The notes: generated by a model not told the origin, from the sequence alone. Counted from the first letter of the stretch, positions 37,341 to 47,117 are shown. The stretch: 53,762 bases of DNA from an uncultured Bacteroides sp. (GCA_964488335.1 CAZAUV010000001.1:1-53762), one strand, 5' to 3'. Program-made: numbers and translations.

Positions 37341-38726
37341 ATGCTTAAACGAAAGATAGAGACTTACTTAGCCACATGGAAACATTCCGACGCAAAGAAA
37401 CCGCTTGTCATAAAGGGGGTAAGGCAATGTGGGAAGACCTATATTGTCAGGAAGTTTGCTTCCGATAATTATGACCATACAGTGTATCTTAATTTTATTC
37501 TGGAGCCGGATAAGAAAACGGCTTTTTCCGGTAACCTTGATGTCGACACAATAATCTTAAATCTGTCTGCTCTAATTCCAGGGAGTCAATTTGTAAGTGG
37601 GAAAACTTGCATAATCCTTGATGAGATCCAGGAATGTCGAGAAGCGCGGACGGCCCTGAAGTCGTTTTTTCTTGATGGCAGATTTGATGTCATTGCCACC
37701 GGGTCGCTTTTAGGAGTGAAAGGTTATGGAAGCTCCAATGATAGCGGTGATAGCCTCAGAGCCGACTCAGTACCGGTAGGGTATGAGACAATAGTCAATA
37801 TGTATCCCTTAGACTTCGAGGAATTTTTGTGGGCCAATAATATCAACGAAGGTGTGATAACGACCTTGAGAAAGTGCCTTGACGATGAGGTTCCCGTTCC
37901 GGAGGGTATTCACAAGGTAATGATGGAATTACTCTATCGCTATGTCGTGGTAGGTGGGTTGCCCGAGGTGGTCAATTGCTTCCTCAAAACAAAAAATATA
38001 GAGCAAATCCATAACATTCAGCGCACTCTTCTCGATGAATATCAGGAAGATATGGTTAAATATGCCCCTGATGCCGATAAGCCTCATATCAGGGAGTGCT
38101 TTGAATCAATCCCTAAACAATTGGCCAAAGAAAACAAGAAGTTTCAGTTCTCGACAGTAAAAAAAGGAGGGCGCGCTTCAAAGTATCTCGGAAGTATACA
38201 ATGGCTTGAAGATGCCGGCATTATCAGTCGGTGTTACAATACCCTAACTACTGAATTACCCCTCAGCGGAAACGCAATTACTGACTGTTTTAAGGTGTAC
38301 ACCTCTGATATAGGGCTACTAATGGGAATGCTGGATTTCGGCGCTCAAGCTGATGTCCTCAATGGTAGCCTTCTTGGATATAAGGGGGCTATCTATGAAA
38401 ACCTGATGGCTGATTTCTTGACCAAGGCAGGTCAGAAATTATATTACTTTCACAAGGATAGCGGCCTGGAGCTTGATTTTCTGATGAGATTGATGGGAGA
38501 ATGTGTTGTCATAGAGGTCAAGTCGGTTACCGGCAAGGCCAAGAGTCTCTCCACCGTTATGAAAAATAAGGCTGTATATCATGTCAATCGTGCGATAAAA
38601 TTGGGAAGATACAATGTCGGACGGGAGGGAGAGCTGCTTACCATTCCCCTCTATATGGGTTTTTTGTTGGGAGATAAAATCTCTAAAACTATCATTCCTG
38701 ACATTGATTTATCCGCGCTTACTTAA
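37341..38726 (+). CDS. AAA_14 ATPase + DUF4143 with C-terminal PD-(D/E)xK-like nuclease motif
   Basis: Walker A GVRQCGKT, Walker B IILDEIQ, IATGS, MYPLDFEEFL, GGLPE, ELDFL...VIEVKS; AT-richer than flanks. Confidence 0.88.
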   Translation: MLKRKIETYLATWKHSDAKKPLVIKGVRQCGKTYIVRKFASDNYDHTVYLNFILEPDKKTAFSGNLDVDTIILNLSALIPGSQFVSGKTCIILDEIQECREARTALKSFFLDGRFDVIATGSLLGVKGYGSSNDSGDSLRADSVPVGYETIVNMYPLDFEEFLWANNINEGVITTLRKCLDDEVPVPEGIHKVMMELLYRYVVVGGLPEVVNCFLKTKNIEQIHNIQRTLLDEYQEDMVKYAPDADKPHIRECFESIPKQLAKENKKFQFSTVKKGGRASKYLGSIQWLEDAGIISRCYNTLTTELPLSGNAITDCFKVYTSDIGLLMGMLDFGAQADVLNGSLLGYKGAIYENLMADFLTKAGQKLYYFHKDSGLELDFLMRLMGECVVIEVKSVTGKAKSLSTVMKNKAVYHVNRAIKLGRYNVGREGELLTIPLYMGFLLGDKISKTIIPDIDLSALT

Positions 38727-38746
38727 GGCCTTTATTTCCCTCATCA

Positions 38747-38772
38747 CCCCGATCTAAAGTGTCGGGGATACT
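38747..38772. repeat. Hairpin containing right copy of the 17-bp direct repeat
   Basis: CCCCGAT-ctaaagt-GTCGGGG stem-loop; AAAGTGTCGGGGATACT at 38756-38772. Confidence 0.85.
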
Positions 38773-38802
38773 GTCTTATCCGGCTGTTTGGGCCGGGGAG
38801 GG

Positions 38803-39171
38803 TCAGTTGAGGGCGCGACGGACGACGGGGATGGCTATGTAGAGGGTGGCCACGGCGGCCATGCCGGCGGCAATGATCATGCGCGAGGGGTCGAAGGTGT
38901 CGCCGGTCTGCAGGTCCATGACCTTACGTATCTCGCCGGCGACGATCACGGCGCAGAAGCATACCACCATGATGAAGGCCAGGAGCTCGGGGATGCTTAC
39001 CAGGCGGCGCTCGCGGCGCGCCGGGAGGCGATTGAGGACGCGGCGTGTAAACCATGTGTCGGGCTGTGATGCCGGCTCGGAGGCGCGGAGGATGGCGCTC
39101 AGGCGTCGGTCAAGGTCGGCAGAGCTGACACTCTTGGCTGATTTATCGGAGGATTGGCGGGTGGTGTTCAT
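38803..39171 (-). CDS. Putative anti-sigma-like membrane protein (DUF5056-like)
   Basis: PDTWFTRRVLNRLP followed by two TMs, directly downstream of ECF sigma. Confidence 0.7.
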   Translation of the reverse strand: MNTTRQSSDKSAKSVSSADLDRRLSAILRASEPASQPDTWFTRRVLNRLPARRERRLVSIPELLAFIMVVCFCAVIVAGEIRKVMDLQTGDTFDPSRMIIAAGMAAVATLYIAIPVVRRALN

Positions 39172-39178
39172 GGTGGTC

Positions 39179-39709
39179 TCAGAGCTGATTGTTGAGGAGA
39201 GCGGCCAGTCGGTGGCGGGCTCGGTTGAGATAAGATTTTACGGTGCCTTGGGGCATGGAGGTGACGGCCGATATGCGGGCTATGGAGAATTGCTCGAAAT
39301 AGAAGAGCCTTACGACGGCCCTCTGGGGCGCCGGGAGAGCATCTATGGCCGCCTGGATAGAGTCGTCGCTTACCCGGATCTCGCTGTCGATGCCGGGGTC
39401 GGCAATGTCAAGGTCGTCGATCGACTCCGATGGGGAGAGGCGGCGGAGGTGGGTCAGATATTCCCGGTAGGCGATGCGGAAGAGCCATGTCTTGAAGCGG
39501 GCCACGCCTTCGAGGGAGCGGATGGCCAGATAGGCTTTGAGGAAGGTCTCTTGCGCCAGGTCGTCGGCGAGCATGGCATCGCCTCGGGTGAGGCTTATTA
39601 AGAAGCGCTTCAGGGGCTCGGAATAGGTCTCGACCAATTGCCCGAATGCATAGCGGTCGTCGGCCGCCACACATCGGGCAATGAGGCTTAGTTCCTGAAG
39701 GCGTGTCAT
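39179..39709 (-). CDS. ECF RNA polymerase sigma-70 factor
   Basis: ADDLAQETFLKAY, FKTWLFRIA, region 4 GTVKSYLNRAR. Confidence 0.93.
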   Translation of the reverse strand: MTRLQELSLIARCVAADDRYAFGQLVETYSEPLKRFLISLTRGDAMLADDLAQETFLKAYLAIRSLEGVARFKTWLFRIAYREYLTHLRRLSPSESIDDLDIADPGIDSEIRVSDDSIQAAIDALPAPQRAVVRLFYFEQFSIARISAVTSMPQGTVKSYLNRARHRLAALLNNQL

Positions 39710-39751
39710 CGTCGTCGGGGGGGATTGCGGGGGATGGTCGGCGGCTGTCTG

Positions 39752-40582
39752 TCAGAGTTTACGACCGAAGAAATAGGTGAATATCTTGGCAGCGCCGAGC
39801 ACCGCGAGGATACCTCCGACAAAGAAGCCGAGCGCGGGTTTGTCCCCTACGGCAAAGGAGATAAATACGACAAGGCCGATGCCGACCAGGATGAATCCGT
39901 TACGTAGGTCGCGAAGGGGTGAGGAGGCGGCTTTCATTCCGGTCACCTCTTTGACAGCATCCTTGACAGCCCCGAGATTGATGCCGGAAGCGGGAGGGGG
40001 CGGCGGGCAGCTCTGTCTTTCGGTCTCAGTATCAGGCGCGGACGGACTTTCGGGGGAAATTATCTGGTTGACGGTTACGTCAGGAGCCATAGGCGAACCG
40101 GTGAAAAAGGCCTCCGGCAGGGTATAATCCTGGTCTATCGCCCTACGGATAAGCCGGTTGCGCCCGTGCTGACGGTTCACTACAATTACAAATATGCCGA
40201 TAATAATCACCAGAATGAAAATGCCTATGACCGAAGTCACCACAACACCCTCTATCAAATTCATTGAACTATTCGTCAAGCCACTCGGATATTTAGGCGA
40301 CTCGATGTCGATATATACTGTCCGGATGTTGTCATGAAGGAGGGTACTGTCTGACGGCGCCACGAGAGTGTCGCCGCTTGAAGTGACAATGATGGTCGAC
40401 CCGTTGTCAATACCGGGAGTGCGGACGGCGCGACGGACCGACTCAGCCACGCTCCGCTCAAACTTTCGCCGCTCCCAGCCATCGGGCTCGGCTTGGGCCA
40501 AATCGGAGAGGTGGCAACCTGTCAGCACTGTAGCCACAAGGAGGCACGCAAGGATGGTGATGATATGGAGCTCTTTTCGCAT
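39752..40582 (-). CDS. DUF6249-like membrane protein/lipoprotein upstream of ECF sigma
   Basis: Lipobox-like LTGC, central TM followed by RNRLIRRAI, C-terminal LRNGFILVGIGL TM pair. Confidence 0.7.
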   Translation of the reverse strand: MRKELHIITILACLLVATVLTGCHLSDLAQAEPDGWERRKFERSVAESVRRAVRTPGIDNGSTIIVTSSGDTLVAPSDSTLLHDNIRTVYIDIESPKYPSGLTNSSMNLIEGVVVTSVIGIFILVIIIGIFVIVVNRQHGRNRLIRRAIDQDYTLPEAFFTGSPMAPDVTVNQIISPESPSAPDTETERQSCPPPPPASGINLGAVKDAVKEVTGMKAASSPLRDLRNGFILVGIGLVVFISFAVGDKPALGFFVGGILAVLGAAKIFTYFFGRKL

Positions 40583-40629
40583 GATATGGATATGTTTTTT
40601 TTGCGTTGAGTTAAGATGTTTCTGTCTTA

Positions 40630-40657
40630 TAGATGCAATAAAGGCCGGGAGGTTGCA
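40630..40657 (-). promoter_or_regulatory. Putative autoregulatory ECF promoter
   Basis: TGCAAC-N16-CATCTA on - strand, upstream of the ECF operon. Confidence 0.55.
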
Positions 40658-40689
40658 CTTCCGGCCATAAAAATTTTCATTACCCTATC

Positions 40690-41142
40690 TCATCGGTCTT
40701 GCCCGGGATAGTGGAGCGTCATGCGGCGGCTGTCGGTGAGGGGGTCTACGTCAATAGTCACCCTGACAGTGGCCTCCGGGTCGAGAAGAGTATCGGCGCG
40801 GTCGGGCCACTCGATGAGGCATAGACGCCCTGAATCTACATAGTCGATGAAGCCGGTGTCGGCCACCTCTTCGGGACCTTCAAGGCGGTAGAGATCAAAA
40901 TGGTAGATTATCCCCTGCGAGGGGCTCTGATACTCGTTGAGGATGGCGAAGGTGGGTGAGCCGGTAGGGTCGGCCTTCACTCCGAGATAGGCTGCGAGAG
41001 CGTTGATGAAGGTGGTCTTGCCGGAGCCCATCGGGGCATCGAAGGCAAAGACTGTGTAGCCTCGGGTGAGGGCCATAAACTGCTCGGCAGCAGCGGGGAG
41101 AGCGTCGAGGGAGGGGATGGAGATTGTGGCTGGAAGGGTCAT
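40690..41142 (-). CDS. tsaE: tRNA threonylcarbamoyladenosine biosynthesis ATPase
   Basis: MGSGKTT, SPTF, YHFDLYRL, LIEWP. Confidence 0.95.
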   Translation of the reverse strand: MTLPATISIPSLDALPAAAEQFMALTRGYTVFAFDAPMGSGKTTFINALAAYLGVKADPTGSPTFAILNEYQSPSQGIIYHFDLYRLEGPEEVADTGFIDYVDSGRLCLIEWPDRADTLLDPEATVRVTIDVDPLTDSRRMTLHYPGQDR

Positions 41143-42701
41143 GGTTTGGGCGAGAGGGTTACGACGGGGATGAGCATCTCTTCCATAGAGATGCCGCCGT
41201 GCTGGAAGGTGCCGTCGTAATATTGGACGTAGTAGTTGTAATTGTTGGGGTATGCAAAGAAGTCGTGGCCGAGGGCAAAGATATATGTTCCGGCAACTCC
41301 GGCTCCCGGAAGGCCGAAGCGCTCGGGGCGCTTTATCTCATAGACCTGTTTCGGATTATAGGAGAGGGTCTTGCCGATCTTGTAGCGGAGGTTGGTGTTG
41401 GTGTTTCGGTCGCCGACGACTTTGACGGGGGAGTCGACGCGGACAGTGCCGTGGTCGGTAGTGAGGATCACCTTATAGCCCCTTGAGGCTATGGCGCTGA
41501 GGAGGTCGAGGGTCGAGGAGTGGCGAAACCAGCTCTCCGTGATCGAGCGGTAGGCGGCATCGGTGGAAGCGAGCTCGCGGATCATTTTCGACTCTGTACG
41601 GGCATGGGAGAGCATGTCGATAAAGTTGATGACAACCACATTGAGCTCGTTGTGCTCGAGCGAGGGGAGGTCGCGCAGGAGGCGCTCGGCGCCCGCCGAG
41701 TCGTTGAGTTTATGGTAGGAAAACTTCACGGGGCGCCGATATCGTTCAAAGAGAGTGGCGATAAGGGGGCTCTCATTGAGGTTTTTACTCTCCTCGGCCT
41801 CCTCGTCGATCCATAAGTCGGGAAACATTCGGGCTATCGCCTCCGGCATCAGGCCTGAGAAGATGGCGTTGCGGGCATACTGGGTGGCTGTAGGGAGGAT
41901 CGAGGTGTAGAGATCATCGTCGTCGACGCTGAAGAACCGGCTCAGAAGGGGGCGTATTGTCATCCATTGGTCGAGGCGGAAATTATCGATCAAGACAAAA
42001 AACACCTTCTCCCCCTTGTCAAGGAGCGGAAACACCTTGCGGCGCATCACAGTGGGGCTCATCAGGGGAGTGTCGTCAGCCGCGGGAGCATCGGCGATGC
42101 GTGCTATCCAGTCTTCATAATTTCGGCGCACAAACTTCGAGAACTCCCCGTCGGCCTCGGCCATCTGGGCGCTCAGCATCTCGTCCATATTGGTCTGCCC
42201 GGCCGCGGCGAGCTCTGTCTGCCGATATACGAGCCTTCGGTAGAGGGCCTTCCAGTCGTCGAGGCTGGAGGCGGAATTGATGGCTCCCGAGAGCTCGGGC
42301 CACTCGCGGCGATAGTCGTCGGCCGCCCGGTTGGTCACCAGGTCGCCCGAGTGGAGGGTCTTCTTGATCGACAGGAGTATCTGATTGGGGTTGACCGGCT
42401 TGATGAGATAGTCGGCAATCTTGCTGCCTACGGCCTGATCCATAATGTTTTCCTCCTCGCTCTTGGTGATCATTATCACCGGAGTCTGGGGGTGGGCCAC
42501 CTTGAGGCGGCCAAGGGTCTCCAGGCCCGAGATACCGGGCATATTTTCGTCGAGGATGATCAGATCAAAAGGCCTCGAGTCGGCGGCAATCAGGGCGTCG
42601 GCTCCGGAGCATACGGTCTCCACGTCGTAGCCCTTGGCTTTAAGAAACAGGATATGGGGCTTGAGGAGGTCTATCTCGTCATCAGCCCAGAGTATATTCA
42701 T
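41139..42701 (-). CDS. porX: PorX response regulator (receiver + PglZ/alkaline-phosphatase-like domain)
   Basis: ILWADDEID, LDENMPG, LPTATQYARNAIFSG, TTDHG, FQHGGISMEEM; adjacent to tsaE. Confidence 0.93.
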   Translation of the reverse strand: MNILWADDEIDLLKPHILFLKAKGYDVETVCSGADALIAADSRPFDLIILDENMPGISGLETLGRLKVAHPQTPVIMITKSEEENIMDQAVGSKIADYLIKPVNPNQILLSIKKTLHSGDLVTNRAADDYRREWPELSGAINSASSLDDWKALYRRLVYRQTELAAAGQTNMDEMLSAQMAEADGEFSKFVRRNYEDWIARIADAPAADDTPLMSPTVMRRKVFPLLDKGEKVFFVLIDNFRLDQWMTIRPLLSRFFSVDDDDLYTSILPTATQYARNAIFSGLMPEAIARMFPDLWIDEEAEESKNLNESPLIATLFERYRRPVKFSYHKLNDSAGAERLLRDLPSLEHNELNVVVINFIDMLSHARTESKMIRELASTDAAYRSITESWFRHSSTLDLLSAIASRGYKVILTTDHGTVRVDSPVKVVGDRNTNTNLRYKIGKTLSYNPKQVYEIKRPERFGLPGAGVAGTYIFALGHDFFAYPNNYNYYVQYYDGTFQHGGISMEEMLIPVVTLSPKP

Positions 42702-45700
42702 TCTTCTTCGGGATTATCGGGATTTTCAGAATTATCGGGGTCATCGACCTCATCAGACTCTCCGGGAGCATCGGTGTCATCGGGCTCTCCGGGGTTTTCC
42801 GGGTCATCGGGCTCCTCCGTATTCTCAAGATCATAGTCTGCTGCGCTCTCTGGGGGGACCCCTTTGGCGGCTTCGAGGGCTGCCACACGCTGAGCCTCAA
42901 TGGCGTGGAAATAGTCGTCATACGACCGCCCGCGGCTCATCAGCATGTCGAAGTTTTTGCGGGTGATGATCACGGGGCGCGCCTGTGGAGGCACCACGTC
43001 GACCCCCTCGCGCTCCAGCAGCAGAGCACGGTAATGATTGAGCTCGGCGGCTGAATTGAAGCCGCTGATGATGAGAAGGCCGAGGCGCCCGAAGTTCATC
43101 TGCTCCAGCTCGTAGTCCTTGACCTTGAAGGTATTGAAGTTGTAGCGGGCCACTTCGTAGAGCAGCTCGTTGGGGGCCACTGAGTCGGTGGCATAGGTCA
43201 GGATAAGGAGCGGCTCGCCCTCATCCTCGATGTCGAAGATGAGCTCGGCATCAGGGTCATAGGCCAGAGTGGTGTCGTTGGTCAGACGCATATCCCACAC
43301 CATAGCCTTCACACCCGACTGTCCGCTCTGGAGCTTGCGTCCGCGGGCGAGCTCCTTGAGATAAGATGAAGCCACGGGGCTCACATCGGCCTGTGGGAAG
43401 CGCTCGAGCAGGGTGCGGAGCTTTGCAGAGAAGCCTTCGGCATCTTGGCTGCTGACGTGGGTCAGGGCGTCGATAAACATCATCTTGGGCAAGATGGGGC
43501 TCAACGGATATTTCTCGGCGAGCATCGTTGAGGCGGAGCGGACGGCAGCGGTGTCGTCGGCCAGATAAGCATCATAGGCCTCGCGATATATATTCTCCTG
43601 ACGGGCGTTCATCTCTCGGAGATTGTCGATATAGTTGGGATCCTGGAGGGCCTGGCCGGCATCGCTGTCGGCAAAGTCGTTGAGGATAAGGGCGCGATAT
43701 TGCTCGGCGCGGGCTTCATCGCCCAGGCGCATATACATCAGGTAGAGATTGAAATAGACGTCGAGGCGATATAGATTGTCGGGGTAATCATGGATGAGTA
43801 TGTCCCACTGACTGCGGGCTGCGTCGAAGTCTTCAAGCTTGTCTTTGAGGATGAGGCCCATATTGTAGCGACCCTCCTGGATCACGTCATGGGCCGTCTG
43901 CCGCTCCTCATCGGTCTTGGGTATCTGCGCCAGGTAATATTCAACGAAATGGGGGTCGGCGGCGCGCTCGGCGGCCTGGGCGGTAGAGTCGGCGGCAGCT
44001 TTCTCGCCGGGGCTCATCTCGGGAGCGTCGGTGCCCTCGGCGGCCTCCCCGCCGTCGGGCGAGTCGGCGCCGTCGGTGGCGGGGGCGTCGAAGTCGGAGA
44101 AAGAGAATGAGCTCTTGTTGCGCCGGCGCCAGTCATCTTCGAGTCGGCGGGAGCCCCAGCGCTTCTGAAACTCGGTCTTGCCGGCATTTTTCACAGCCGT
44201 GTTGTAGAAATACCAGCTCTTGTCGTTGTTGAGCATGAAGGAGTTGGCAGCCGCAGCCGAGCCTTGGGCGGCATTGGCGTTGGCGGCGGCATTACGGACT
44301 GACGCATTTGCCTCATACTCAGCTCGTCGGGCGTCCTCAGCCTCCTCTTTCTCGCGCTTCTTAAGCTCCTCGATGAGGCGCTCGGCCACCTTGGTCTGCT
44401 CCTCGGGCGAGAGGGCCGACAGGCGCAGCAGAGAGTCCTGGAGAGTGACGTTGCCGGAGTAGACGGCGAGCTCGTCGAGCACATCGGAGCGCCGGCGCAG
44501 CTTGGCCAGGTCGGGATAATCCTTCGGCAGCTGAGGGACGGCCTCGCTATATCTGGGCTGAGCGAGGTCATATTTGCGCTGCTCATAATAGAGATTGCCG
44601 AGCTGAAGCTGAGCAAGGGCCTTGTCGATGCCGGAGCGGGTAGATTTTTCAGCGGCAAGGAGATAATTTTCTATGGCTTTAGCGGTGTCGCGCCGCGAGA
44701 GGTAGAGGTTGCCTATGGCATAATATATCTGGTCCTGATATTCTTTATTGCGGTCATATCGCAGCATGGAGCGGAGGCTCTTCACCTCCGGCTCGATGTT
44801 GTCGTGGGAATAGACCTCACTCTGCTTGATGCGGGCGTTAAATTTGGTGGCGTAGGGGGCTGTGTTGCTGCGGGCTATCTTGTCAAATTCCTTATATGCG
44901 CCCTCCTTATCGCCTTGGCGGGCAAGCACTTGGCCGAGAAGAAATGTGAGGCGCGTCTTCTGGGCGCCCTTGGCCAGGGCCATGGCGCGGCGCAGGGGAG
45001 CTATGGCCTCGTCGTAGCGTCCTGATTTGAGGTGGCAGTCGGCTTCCACAATGGCGTAAAGGCTGCGGAGAGCCGGAGTGGTGAGCTCATCTTCCTTTAC
45101 GCGGCGGAGGAGGTTTTCGGCCTCGAAAGTCCATCCCTGAGCCACATAGCAACGAGCCTCCCAGAGGCGCGCTTCGGCCACCGACTCGGGGAGCCAGCCG
45201 AAATGCTTGGCGATGTAGGCAAAGGTGGTGGCGGCTCCGAGGAAGTCGCCGTTCATATACTGGCTCCGGCCCATCATCAGCCAGGCGTTATGAAGGAAGG
45301 GGTTAAACTCCTCGCGGGCGCGGAAGGCCTTCTGCTTGGGGTTGCTCCCCTTGATGCGCGGTTTTTTCTTGATGGAGCGGAGCTCGATGGCTTTCTGAGC
45401 CTTCTCGATAGAGCGCGTGAAGTCGCCCGACGGACGCTGCATGGCTTCGTCGCCGTAAGCGTCGGAGGGGTGGACAAGGAGGAGGCGGGTGAAGTCGTCG
45501 GGATAGTCGGTCTCCATCTTCTTTAGCGTCTCCTTATAATGTTCATCTCCATTGAAATAGATATTATAGCGGGTGATGAACTCGGTGTAGCGGCGCGACG
45601 CGGCCGTGTTCTTCTTCAGCGAACACGACCCCGCGAGGAGGGCTGCAATGGCAATCGCCAGGGCCGCCCCCACCTTAAGAATATGGTTTGCGCGATGACT

Positions 45701-45730
45701 CACGTCTATAATAACGCCTCTCATCCCCAT
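42698..45730 (-). CDS. porW: TPR lipoprotein PorW/SprE (type IX secretion)
   Basis: Lipobox AGSC, TRYNIYFNG, multiple TPRs, WYFYN...GKTEFQKRWGSRRLEDDWRR; exact start uncertain. Confidence 0.85.
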   Translation of the reverse strand: MGMRGVIIDVSHRANHILKVGAALAIAIAALLAGSCSLKKNTAASRRYTEFITRYNIYFNGDEHYKETLKKMETDYPDDFTRLLLVHPSDAYGDEAMQRPSGDFTRSIEKAQKAIELRSIKKKPRIKGSNPKQKAFRAREEFNPFLHNAWLMMGRSQYMNGDFLGAATTFAYIAKHFGWLPESVAEARLWEARCYVAQGWTFEAENLLRRVKEDELTTPALRSLYAIVEADCHLKSGRYDEAIAPLRRAMALAKGAQKTRLTFLLGQVLARQGDKEGAYKEFDKIARSNTAPYATKFNARIKQSEVYSHDNIEPEVKSLRSMLRYDRNKEYQDQIYYAIGNLYLSRRDTAKAIENYLLAAEKSTRSGIDKALAQLQLGNLYYEQRKYDLAQPRYSEAVPQLPKDYPDLAKLRRRSDVLDELAVYSGNVTLQDSLLRLSALSPEEQTKVAERLIEELKKREKEEAEDARRAEYEANASVRNAAANANAAQGSAAAANSFMLNNDKSWYFYNTAVKNAGKTEFQKRWGSRRLEDDWRRRNKSSFSFSDFDAPATDGADSPDGGEAAEGTDAPEMSPGEKAAADSTAQAAERAADPHFVEYYLAQIPKTDEERQTAHDVIQEGRYNMGLILKDKLEDFDAARSQWDILIHDYPDNLYRLDVYFNLYLMYMRLGDEARAEQYRALILNDFADSDAGQALQDPNYIDNLREMNARQENIYREAYDAYLADDTAAVRSASTMLAEKYPLSPILPKMMFIDALTHVSSQDAEGFSAKLRTLLERFPQADVSPVASSYLKELARGRKLQSGQSGVKAMVWDMRLTNDTTLAYDPDAELIFDIEDEGEPLLILTYATDSVAPNELLYEVARYNFNTFKVKDYELEQMNFGRLGLLIISGFNSAAELNHYRALLLEREGVDVVPPQARPVIITRKNFDMLMSRGRSYDDYFHAIEAQRVAALEAAKGVPPESAADYDLENTEEPDDPENPGEPDDTDAPGESDEVDDPDNSENPDNPEEE
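42700..42830 (-). repeat. Acidic low-complexity repeats at porW C-terminus
   Basis: EEPDDPENPGEPDDTDAPGESDEVDDPDNSENPDNPEEE, roughly 9-bp periodicity. Confidence 0.65.
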
Positions 45731-45772
45731 TTATTGCCCCCGGAACCGTAAGTTAAGGGTGTAATCCGGGGC

Positions 45773-47083
45773 TTATACCATATCATCGAGCGACAAAGCC
45801 GTGAAACCGATGCTCCAGCCCTGACGCTTCTCTTTGATTACGGTAGCCTTCTGCTCAAGTTTTTGAAGGTCGATGCGTCGCTTATTGCGCTTCACCTCTC
45901 CAATGATTATCTCGCGGTCGGCTTCATTGACGGCAATAAGGTCTATCTCGTTTCTGCCATTCTTTTCCCAATAGTTGGTGACAATATTATAAAGGCCGGT
46001 TTCGCGATAAAGCTGACGAAAATACCGCTCTAAAATGGCTCCGGAAAATGTGTCATAATCAGCAGCAATCTTTTCTCTGACATAGTCAAGATTTCCTATC
46101 TCTACTGCACTGCGATATTTATAAATAAATCTAAACCAGAATGTTAATAAATTATCTTTTATGCCATATTTCACGTTATGGCTGTTGGGAGTTGCCAAAT
46201 AGGGCCTATAGCGGTAGATCAGGTCATAGACGGTCTCGAGCCTGTCGAGAAATCCACCGGCTTCGATGCCTGTATATGACTTTATCTCTCCTCGCTCGTT
46301 GAAGCCTGATGCTACGGCAGATAAGATAGAGAAATAGTTTCCATAATCTTTGCCGAACTCATCAGACAGAAGCTCGCGACCTTCTTCAATAAAGAATGAA
46401 CCATAGGCGATAACTGTGTCGAAGATAGCTTGTTTTGTAAACGCCCCGGCTTCGACAAGGAGCTCGACATATTTGGCTACTCCCCCGGTGACCATAAAAA
46501 ATGACAAAAGATCATCCGGGGTAAAATTTGGATTGTTGTCGGTCATTATCTCTCTCAGGGTCATGAGGGGAAAAGCGCGGAGGCGCATCCTTGACGTAGC
46601 CCGACCATAAAGGGGCTCTTTACGGTCATCAAATATCCTGGTCATCATAGAATAGATAGAGCCGCAGACAATGAGGTTGATCTTTGCCTCCGTCTTCATA
46701 TCATCCCAGATATTTTGCATCTCGCTGAAAAAGGCCTCGTTGACATACTTGAAATTCTGAAATTCGTCGAATATCAGAGTCACGTGACGACGGCGCGACA
46801 TATTCATAATGGCAGCAAACAGACGCGACATACTGCTGAAATCGCCCAGGTCTTCGCCCATGCAATCGCGTACAGTCTCAGCCAGCTCCTTACATAAGAG
46901 CGCCTCACTTTTTCGGGCCACAAAGAAATATATCAAATCATTGCCGGGATAGGCGTGTTTTATGAGCGTGGTCTTACCTATGCGTCGGCGTCCGGTAATG
47001 ACCGTCAGTTGAGAATATTGCTTTGAGGTCTCAGCTATCTTTCGCAAAGTCTGCGTTTCTATCTCTCTATCGTAGAATTTCAT
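45773..47083 (-). CDS. Archaeal-type ATPase (ATPase_2) + wHTH + DUF234 PD-(D/E)xK-like domain
   Basis: FYDRE, GRRRIGKT, LIFDEFQ, VCGS, PLYGR, TGGV, FWFRF, EIDLIAV...IGEVK; AT-richer than flanks. Confidence 0.88.
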   Translation of the reverse strand: MKFYDREIETQTLRKIAETSKQYSQLTVITGRRRIGKTTLIKHAYPGNDLIYFFVARKSEALLCKELAETVRDCMGEDLGDFSSMSRLFAAIMNMSRRRHVTLIFDEFQNFKYVNEAFFSEMQNIWDDMKTEAKINLIVCGSIYSMMTRIFDDRKEPLYGRATSRMRLRAFPLMTLREIMTDNNPNFTPDDLLSFFMVTGGVAKYVELLVEAGAFTKQAIFDTVIAYGSFFIEEGRELLSDEFGKDYGNYFSILSAVASGFNERGEIKSYTGIEAGGFLDRLETVYDLIYRYRPYLATPNSHNVKYGIKDNLLTFWFRFIYKYRSAVEIGNLDYVREKIAADYDTFSGAILERYFRQLYRETGLYNIVTNYWEKNGRNEIDLIAVNEADREIIIGEVKRNKRRIDLQKLEQKATVIKEKRQGWSIGFTALSLDDMV

Positions 47084-47117
47084 AATTTTGTAATTACCAT
47101 TACTGTAATGGCCGTTG

